A DNA stretch of 6,410 bases. It comes from Octopus sinensis. Its lineage: Eukaryota. A program made the position numbers and the translations under genes. The DNA lies in the NCBI RefSeq assembly GCF_006345805.1, contig NW_021829452.1, forward strand, positions 1 through 6,410. The letters run 5' to 3'. The stretch's first letter is position 1. Each line of letters opens with the position of its first letter. Shown piece after piece: positions 1-6,410 of this stretch. A model generated the notes under the pieces. The model saw only the letters and a list, made by a program, of their open reading frames with translations, had not been told where the DNA came from and ran no database searches.

Positions 1-205
1 GAAATGCTAGTTGGTGTAAGATTTAGTGAAAGGCGGCTTACTATCGCATAACTCACTACAAATATTCTCAATGTGACCGATAAGGTAGAAGGACATAGAA
101 TTGAAACCAAAAAAAAAAACAATGTCATCCCCGTATAGGTTAAAATCTGACTAAACGTATAATGCATCACGTAAACATAATACATAGCATATATGCAATG
201 TAATA

Positions 206-888
206 TCTTTGTATATAAAAGAGAGGTTGTGTGTCTGTCTCCTACGATTTAGATTCCTAACTACTCCCACATTTTGCGGTGCAGTTTAACCAAAACCGGG
301 TATCTTATAGTCGTGATTCATATCGAGCCCTTCTGGGTATTAGCGCGCGTCTACGATGAGTCTATCTACGATTAAAAAAAAATTTACCATCATCATTTTT
401 CCCATTTTTAATGCATTTTGGCATATATAAGGGAAGTAACTCTCTAAAAATTTATTATTAAATCTATTATTAAAAATTTATTATTAAATTATTAATTATT
501 CTATTATTAAAAATTTATTATTAAATTATTATTAAAATTTATTATTAAATTTATTCTATTATTAAAAATTTATTATTAAATTTATTATTAAATTTATTAT
601 TAAATTTATTCTATTATTAAAATTTATTATTAAATTATTCTATTATTAAAATTTATTATTAATTATTATTAAAATTTATTATTAAATTTATTATTAATTG
701 TTATTATTAAAAATTTATTATTTAAATCTCAGAACGTAAAAGCTACAGTAATCATCACTCCCCCTTTCCCTACTAACACTCCCCCTTTGGTTAGCCATAT
801 TGAGATGGCTATTATACTTTACATCTCTAAAAATGCTTATATAGTTATTTCCCTTACAAACCCGAGCAACGCCGAGCGATACTGCTAG
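206..888 (+). mobile_element. Non-autonomous Helitron-type (rolling-circle) element
   Basis: 5' end TC (206-207, TCTTTGTATATAAAA...TGTGTCTGTC) preceded by A205. 3' end CTAG (885-888) followed by T889, so insertion is at an A|T site with no TSD. An imperfect GC hairpin CCCGAGCAACGCCGAG (861-876) lies 8 nt before CTAG. No coding capacity; internal minisatellite. Confidence 0.75.
446..721. repeat. Almost pure A/T minisatellite (variants of AAATTTATTATT / AAATTATTCTATTATT) inside the Helitron
   Basis: Tandem degenerate units are directly visible; the only non-A/T bases are occasional C in CTATTATT and one G. Confidence 0.95.
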
Positions 889-984
889 TAATATATAATA
901 TATAATAGAGGGTAAATAATAAAGGAAACGACGTCCAAAGCTAATCTCCACCATCAAGTCCCAAGTATGATAAATATCATGCTA

Positions 985-1407
985 TTAGTTTCGAAAATAT
1001 TTAAATGTGCGGGTGAGGTTATGTACACATGATACCCTTAGGTCTAATCTATTATTAATTAGGTTGTTCCTGATTGTGTACTTAAAAATCTCATGAATTT
1101 CCATAGAACAAAGCTCACATCCATATCTTCTATCTCTACATGGCTGCACCTTCAGTATTACATCCCATTTACGGCTAAATCAAGTCCCGCTTTCTTCAAG
1201 TTCTCAGATCTTACTAGATGAAGAAGTACTATTAGCTTTATGTCTAAGTCTAAACGATGAAAGATGATTATTAATACGCTTTTTCATATTAATCGAACAC
1301 CCTATATAGATAAAACTACCAGTTTCAGTCAGAATTGTATATTTGTAAACTGTGTTTTGGACTAAACAGCGACCTAACGGGCAATGGGATTTTCCGCTAC
1401 AATTGCA
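985..1407 (-). pseudogene. PLE Cys-rich linker plus GIY-YIG endonuclease domain, two in-frame TGA stops
   Basis: A single frame from 1407 to 985 reads CNCSGKSHCPLGRCLVQNTVYKYTILTETGSFIYIGCSINMKKRINNHLSSFRLRHKANSTSSSSKI*ELEESGT*FSRKWDVILKVQPCRDRRYGCELCSMEIHEIFKYTIRNNLINNRLDLRVSCVHNLTRTFKYFRN*. YIG is at 1308-1300, with the conserved R..NH, CxxC..E, N and CxH motifs. Stops at 1206-1204 and 1182-1180. Confidence 0.9.
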
Positions 1408-1415
1408 ACTAGGAG

Positions 1416-1491
1416 TATTACTACTATACTACTACTACTACTACTACTACCTACTACTACTACTACTACTACTACTATTATTATTATTATA
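1416..1491. repeat. (TAC)n-(TAT)n trinucleotide microsatellite
   Basis: Directly visible. On the minus strand it encodes Ser/Asn-type codons leading into SSNTPSCNC. Confidence 0.95.
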
Positions 1492-1530
1492 TTTCTACCA
1501 TTGCCATAATTATTAACAATATTATTATTG

Positions 1531-2090
1531 TTGAATGAGAGAGCAGTGCATGCCATCAAAGTAACACTGGGGTACAAATATTCGAAGCCCAGTATACCCA
1601 TAATGATTGCCCATCTGATAGGGGTGCACTAGGCACATGCATCACAACCATATGTGCGCGACATGGTGATCGCATATGAAGATATACAGCGCATGACCTT
1701 GCAGGTGGAGCCCAGTTAGAATTTTCTTCAGGCCGAGTAGCCCATCCCGCCCAAAAGATCCCTGAATAAGGTTTGTTTAAGGATGATGAATATAACACCC
1801 ATGTTTCCAGATGTGAATTATCCAAACTCCCAAAGAATTCCTCTCAACACATGGCTATGATGCTCCCCCACTACTTCTGCTCGTGATCAGAGATGCACAT
1901 ATCGTCAGCCACTAAGGGACATGCTCAACTGGTTATGGTCAAACAACTGACAAGCAAATCTGTGGTATTGAGCAGAATATTTGCTGTAGCCCATCTTTTA
2001 TACCAAGACAAAACAATGTACATGATAACACCTCCAATCAGTTAAGATCAGAAGCCATGAGAGCCACTGCCTGGTACTGCATCGGGGCAT
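1531..2090. mobile_element. ~560-bp non-coding interspersed element inserted in a (TAT/AAT)n tract; class unresolved
   Basis: Complex, GC-richer sequence with sharp edges (TTGAATGAGAG... to ...GGGGCAT). It has (TAT)n on both sides and splits the colinear PLE linker. I recall it as a high-copy octopus repeat, but this is unverified. No recognisable ORF. Confidence 0.6.
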
Positions 2091-2340
<250 letters not shown>

Positions 2341-2579
2341 CTTCCATCAACTATTTTATCACTTAAATTCATTGCAGAATCACTAGGCACTGCGTTAGTA
2401 ATACCCTGGCTAGGATAAACATCGGAGCCACAGTTTATATCAATATATATTAGATATATTATTTCTGTTGTTCCGGATTCCTACGTATTCATTATTTTTA
2501 TCATCATCATTACTGGGGTTCAAAAATTATTATTGACAAAATTATTATTATCAGTAATTCCTCTTACCAATTTTATATC

Positions 2580-3100
2580 CCTTCTATTAAAACGGGCAAT
2601 GATAGTACCTATATTGGGGGGCGGGGAGTAGGCTATGAGAATCTGAAGCTTTTCTTTAAAATTGCCATAAATTTATTATATATGTTGGTAGATATAGCTC
2701 AGTTAAAAGGAACATTGTACCAAACTATATTACTCTTTCCAGACTTCTTGTGTTTATGAAGGCGGATTCTACCTACTCTTCTTTCGTCTTCCGAACTCAC
2801 GGCCTGATTATTAAGTATGGCTAAACTATTGGTATTTATCTTATCATTAGAGGATGACATATGCCGCCCAATCACATCTCTACCATTATTATATAAAGTA
2901 TTAATCCTATCGACCGTAGAATTTATTTTCCTATTGTTATATAATTTATTCTTTGATTTAATAGCTGCGTTGGAGGCTTTCTCGGTAGTTCTGTTTTCTC
3001 GACTAGGTGGTCTTTTATCCCTCTTCTCCCTTAAATTCTCATTATTATTATTAGTAGGTGTTACACTTTCCGAATTAAGAAAAGTAGTCTCTTGAGTATA
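2580..3100 (-). pseudogene. PLE post-RT (thumb/linker) region with an N/K/R-rich insert
   Basis: Open frame of 133 codons from 3100 to 2702, ending ...HKHKKSGKSNIVWYNVPFN (2731-2702). TGA at 2701-2699, then AISTNIYNKFMAILKKSF. After a frameshift or small deletion near 2640 comes IAYSPPPNIGTIIARFNRR (2636-2580). Confidence 0.8.
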
Positions 3101-3112
3101 TCATGTCTAAGA

Positions 3113-3409
3113 GCCTGGAATGTTTTTAATTTGACCACAGAATTAGCCTTTAGATTATAAGAATTGTTATCGTATAAAAAAATTTGTCGCAAAAAGTCAC
3201 GTAAAAAATTCGGCGGAAACAATGACAGTAATGAAAAGTTGGGGATCCAAAATTTCAGGATTGTGGGTTCGAATTCGGCCCGGAATGTTTTTAATTTACT
3301 CACGGAGTCAGCCTGATTCCATAATGGTATATGTTGGGTTACAGCCTCTCGGAGTAAAGTTGAAAAAGTGTGACACTCTGACACGCTGACATTCACATTT
3401 ATTATATTA
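3113..3409 (-). mobile_element. Possible degenerate Helitron-like non-autonomous fragment (5' part)
   Basis: The minus strand starts TAATATAATAAATGTGAATGTCAGCGTGTCAGAGTGTCACAC, which resembles the TC-TA..ATAAATG.GAA..TGTCTGTC 5' ends of non-autonomous Helitrons. Internal 37-bp direct repeat. No 3' CTRR or hairpin found. Confidence 0.35.
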
Positions 3410-3415
3410 TATTAA

Positions 3416-3576
3416 GGCGGCGTGCTGGCAGAATCGTTAGCACGCCGGTATTTCGTCTGCCGGTAGGTTTTGAGTTCGAATTCTACCGAGGTCGACTTTG
3501 CCTTTCATCCTTTTGGGGGTCGATTAAATTAGTCCCAGTTTTTGAGGCCTTGTGCTTCCAGTAGAAAAGATTTATT
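3416..3576 (+). mobile_element. tRNA-derived SINE, internally deleted copy of an octopus-type family
   Basis: Head GGCGGCGTGCTGGCAGAATCGTTAGCACGCCGG with A- and B-box-like motifs. Body GAGGTCGACTTTGCCTTTCATCC...GGGGTCGAT. Tail GGCCTTGTGC..AGTAGAAAAGATTTATT. The family match is from memory. Confidence 0.8.
3426..3483 (+). promoter_or_regulatory. Pol III internal promoter boxes of the SINE
   Basis: A-box-like TGGCAGAATCG (3426-3436) and B-box-like GAGTTCGAATTC (3472-3483). Confidence 0.6.
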
Positions 3577-3665
3577 AAAGTCGAAAGAGTGTAACACACT
3601 GACATTCACATTTATTATATTAGAATGTTTAATTTTGGGGAAACCTCATTTCAGTTAAAGTGTAT

Positions 3666-3671
<6 letters not shown>

Positions 3672-3698
<27 letters not shown>
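3672..3698. repeat. (TG)n microsatellite
   Basis: Directly visible. Confidence 0.97.
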
Positions 3699-3799
3699 AT
3701 TAAAGAAAGCAAAAACTAAAACAGAAATGATAGTGTTCAGTATGTTGGCGACAGGAATATATGTGAAAAAGACACGGTTAAACAAAGTTGTACATCATC

Positions 3800-3929
3800 T
3801 CCCTCTTTCTCTCTCATACCCAATCTTTCTCTCTTTCTCTCTTATTATTACTCTTACTGCCACCACCAGCACTTCTACTTTTAACAAAACATCAACTCTT
3901 CCTAAATTTCTTTGTCTCTATTTCTCTCC

Positions 3930-3969
<40 letters not shown>

Positions 3970-3970
3970 A
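3800..3970. repeat. Pyrimidine-rich / (TC)n low-complexity tract
   Basis: Pure (TC)n at about 3937-3963 with degenerate TC runs upstream. Confidence 0.9.
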
Positions 3971-4070
3971 TCTACACTATCGCCCTCACCGCCTCTATTC
4001 CTACTATTACCCTCACCCTAGCACGAGGAATAGTAGAATTGTCATTGAATAGTGAGAGAGGGGGGGGGCT

Positions 4071-4122
4071 AAGTGTGACACACTGACACACAGAAATTAG
4101 TTTTCGCATTTATTCTATTAGA
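4071..4122 (-). mobile_element. Helitron-like 5' terminus
   Basis: The minus strand reads A|TCTAATAGAATAAATGCGAAAACTAATTTCTGTGTGTCAGTGTGTCACACTT, with a TC start after A. It shares AAGTGTGACAC(A/T)CTGACAC with 3366-3384. The 3' end was not found. Confidence 0.4.
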
Positions 4123-4181
4123 TGACTAATATCGACAGAAGCCGTATTTGTGTTTTAACATGACGTCCACGTTACGTTAGG

Positions 4182-4362
4182 TATATGTGTGTGTGTACCT
4201 GCATACATACATACTTGCATATATATATGTATATATGTACATATACATATGCATATATAAACATATATACATATTTACATATACATGTACATATATACTT
4301 ACATACACACACAGACACACATATATTTATATATAAATACACACACACACACACACACACAC
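4182..4362. repeat. Compound (TA)/(CA)/(TG) dinucleotide microsatellite
   Basis: Directly visible. It generates the spurious C/V/Y/I and H/T/I/Y ORF segments. Confidence 0.95.
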
Positions 4363-4373
4363 AGAAAAACGTA

Positions 4374-5111
4374 GAGGTTGGGCGGAGTGCTCCTCTATAT
4401 GAATGCTCCATAAATCCCGATTTTGTTTTCACTGTGAGCATCTTGTTGCTGCATTCTCTCTTGTCGGGTCTACCAAAGGCTGTACCAGCTCTTCCTATCT
4501 TGACACACATTTTGTCACCCAGGGAGGTTGTCTAAGTCATTGTGGACTCGAGTTAGAATTTCTTTACAATCTCCAACATCATGATGTTGCTTTGACTTGT
4601 GCCTTCTTGTGTTAGAATGACCGTCTCCTTGACGCTGATTACAAGAGAAAATGCTTTGCAGGCTTGTGAAAGGTACTCCATCGTTGTTTGTAGAGTTGGC
4701 TCGCTATTAGCAACCCCTGCTGCATCATCTGCAAAGAGGGGACCTCTGATCAAGATTGACTTGGTCTTGGCTTTTGCTCTGAGGCGGGCAAGATTGAAAA
4801 GTGGCCCATCAGTTCTCTAGTGAAGGCAGCCATCTCCAGGTTCTTTGAAGGTAAACTGTAACAACACGGCAAAGAAGATGCTGAAAAGGGTCGGTGCCAG
4901 AGCATAACCCTGTTTAACTCCACTTCTGACCTCAAAGCTGTCCTAATGTGGGACCATCGAACTGGATTGGGGCTTTCATACCTTCATGGATGGACATGAT
5001 GAGTTGGGGAAGAGTTGGTGGGAGTCCATTCTTGTGATGAACCATGTACAATCCTGATCTACTGTATGTATCAAACGCCTTAGTTAGGTGTACAAATGCC
5101 ACATGTAGGGG
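4374..5111 (-). pseudogene. RTE-clade non-LTR retrotransposon reverse transcriptase fragment (inverted segment)
   Basis: Minus-strand translation with frameshifts and stops: PLHVAFVHLTKAFD (KAFD 5081-5070)...GLPPTLPQLIMSIHEGMK...FEVRSGVKQGYALAPTLFSIFF (GVKQG 4921-4907)...RTDGPLFNLARLRAKAKTKSILIRGPLFADDAA (FADD 4735-4724)...KAFSLVISVKET...KF*LEST...KIGRAGTAFGR...KMLTVKTK(I)GIY...ST. The RTDG.LFNL.RL.AK insert before FADD is typical of RTE/BovB-like RTs. Confidence 0.92.
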
Positions 5112-5622
5112 ACATTATGCACAGGAAAAGAGAAGAAACTCAATGGTTTTCATCTCAGATGCATGCACAAGAGCCTTGGTATCACCTGACAAGACAAAGT
5201 GACCGATACAGAAATCTTGAAACAGGCAGCGCTTCCGAGCAGAACAGCTATTCTGTGCAAAAGGAGAGTAAGGTGGCTTGGACATGTGAAGTGGATGGAT
5301 GACAGCAGAATTCCTAAGCAGCTGTTATATGGCGAGTTGGTTCTCCGGTAGCAGACCGAGAGGGCGACCAAAGCTGAAATTCAAGGGCACATGTAATAGA
5401 GGCCGGACCAAGTGCCACATCGATGCAAAGACTTAGGAAAAGTTAGCTTAAGATAGAACAGCATGGAAAGCCTCAGGAGTCACCAAAGGAGTCAAACAAC
5501 TCGAGGAAGAAAATATTCCGGCACTGGAAGCAAAACGCCCAAGAAAGAAAGACAACACACCGCAGCACTGCAGCCTCTTTGCTTGCAGGTTTTACAACAG
5601 AACTTACTCACCGAACGTATGA
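5110..5622 (+). pseudogene. RTE-clade LINE C-terminal region (forward segment)
   Basis: Plus-strand translation: (W)T.YA..RRLNGFHLRCMHKSLGIT*QDKVTDTEILKQAALPSRTAILCKRRVRWLGHVKWMDDSRIPKQLLYGELV / SGSRPRGRPKLKFKGTC...KT*EKLA*DRTAWK...GVKQLEEE...LFACRFYNRTYSPNV*. It contains the RWLGHV.RM...R.PK.LLYGEL..G.R..GRP and DR..W motifs of RTE elements. Confidence 0.9.
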
Positions 5623-5670
5623 AGGATTAACCTTGAGAGAAACTACAGAAATAAGACAACGAATACTTAA

Positions 5671-5885
5671 ATTTCAGATAAGTTCAACAATTTAAATAAG
5701 TATATATTCTACCATGGAACAATTATAAATGTATTTCAATTAAATATTTTCCACTCTAAAATTTCTTTGTTTATTGTCTGAAGTGGTGAGATAAAGGAAG
5801 CCGAGTCGCAAAGGTTTTTTTAAAAATGTTAAAGAGGATTTCAAACAGGTTCAGAAATTTAAATAAACATATATTCTACCATGGA
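5671..5885. repeat. 48-bp direct repeat pair (5671-5718 and 5838-5885)
   Basis: 41/48 identity by hand alignment; shared core ATATATTCTACCATGGA; 167 nt apart. Confidence 0.85.
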
Positions 5886-6103
5886 TCGGTGTATATCAGT
5901 TTAAAAACATATTAAAAATCTATGACTATATAAATATATAAAAATTTAATATACATAATAAATTGTTCTTCAATAATTTTTGCAACGCCCTTCTACAACG
6001 CCTTTGGTGTGACTGCAATTCTAAATATATATTTTTATACACCTATACTTTTATACATTTACACTTTTATAACCTAATTTCACTCATCTATTTATTTATG
6101 TAA

Positions 6104-6410
6104 TCTTTTATTCTTTTACTTGTTTCAGTCATTTGACTGCGGCCATGCTGGAGCACCGCCTTTAGTCGAACAAATCGACCCCAGGACTTATTCTCTGTAA
6201 GCCTAGTACTTATTCTATCGGTCTCTTTTGCCGAACCGCTAAGTTTACGGGGACGTAAACACACCAGCATCGATGGTGGGGGAACAAACACATACATAGA
6301 TACATACACACACACATACACACATATATACACACCGTTTCCGTCTACCAAATCCACTCACAAGCTTTGGTCAGCCCGAAGCTATAGTAGAAGACACTTG
6401 CCCAAGGTAC
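6104..6410 (-). mobile_element. SINE, 3' portion (5' head lies beyond the window), with an internal microsatellite at 6288-6335
   Basis: The minus strand reads GTACCTTGGGCAAGTGTCTTCTACTATAGC...GTGAGTGGATTTGGTAGACGGAAAC, (TG/TA)n, ...GGGGTCGATTTGTTCGAC...CCAGCATGGCCGCAGTCAAATGACTGAAACAAGTAAAAGAATAAAAGA. The CCTTGGGCAAG motif is CORE-like. Short tandem tail and 3' stem-loop. It matches an abundant octopus SINE as I recall it. Confidence 0.85.

Larger units (their letters stand above)
3355..3622. repeat. ~47-bp direct repeat (3355-3409 and 3576-3622) bracketing the SINE
   Basis: Exact 24-mer CTGACATTCACATTTATTATATTA at 3386-3409 and 3599-3622. Upstream, TAAAGTTGAAAAAGTGTGACAC vs TAAAGTCGAAAGAGTGTAACAC match at 19/22. 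The left copy has 8 extra nt. Confidence 0.9.

Noticed and set aside
446-721. AT array as a CRISPR array or replication origin
   Set aside because: There are no unique spacers and no cas genes. The context is eukaryotic and the array lies inside a Helitron.
718-1825. ORFs 718-957, 1374-1601 and 1556-1825 as genes
   Set aside because: They cross unrelated element boundaries or lie in non-coding repeat DNA, and show no recognisable domain. The true endonuclease frame differs from the 1374-1601 frame.
1720-1910. CTGAAGA and CTGACGA on the minus strand as possible hammerhead ribozyme cores
   Set aside because: There is no stem II followed by GAAA, so the fold cannot be built. No hammerhead core was seen in the PLE 3' flank (889-984, 1-205) either.
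3061-3396. 111-aa ORF as an upstream continuation of the Penelope RT
   Set aside because: Only FQALRH near 3120-3103 loosely resembles the PLE YQ.AL..SGY motif. The rest has no RT motifs and overlaps a non-coding repeat.
3250-3483. Genuine tRNA genes at the two GTTCGAATTC motifs
   Set aside because: No cloverleaf or acceptor stem can be formed. The second motif is a SINE head and the first is an isolated B-box.
3625-4535. ORFs 3625-4086, 3788-4021 and 4185-4535, and the C-terminal half of 4172-4510
   Set aside because: They are driven by (TG)n, (TC)n and (TA/CA)n repeats or are antisense to the RTE. Only the first ~30 aa of 4172-4510 are real RTE sequence.
4368-5619. AACGTA at 4368-4373 and 5614-5619 as the TSD of the RTE insertion
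   Set aside because: Only 6 bp, and both copies could be LINE-derived, so it is not distinguishable from chance without the empty site.

Overview
This is AT-rich eukaryotic DNA, not prokaryotic. It is made almost entirely of nested, decayed transposable elements and microsatellites. The SINE families look like octopus ones (recalled from memory, not searched). Left to right: (1) a non-autonomous Helitron (206-888, +) with an internal AT minisatellite; (2) a minus-strand Penelope-like retroelement remnant (~985-3100), with its GIY-YIG endonuclease at 985-1407 and its post-RT 'NIVWYNVPF' block at 2580-2731, joined by Asn/Ser-rich trinucleotide linkers; (3) a ~560-bp non-coding element (1531-2090) sitting in the (AAT)n tract of that linker; (4) Helitron-like 5' termini on the minus strand; (5) a tRNA-derived SINE (3416-3576) bracketed by a ~47-bp duplication; (6) an RTE-clade LINE (~4374-5622) whose RT half is inverted relative to its C-terminal half; (7) a second SINE on the minus strand that runs off the window end. 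No intact host gene is supported. The supplied ORFs are microsatellite or antisense artefacts, or pieces of the RTE pseudogene. The Penelope domains are missing from the ORF track because stops and frameshifts break them. I see no new multi-gene system. The best leads are the twin-priming-like RTE inversion and the microsatellite-expanded Penelope linker with its inserted element.
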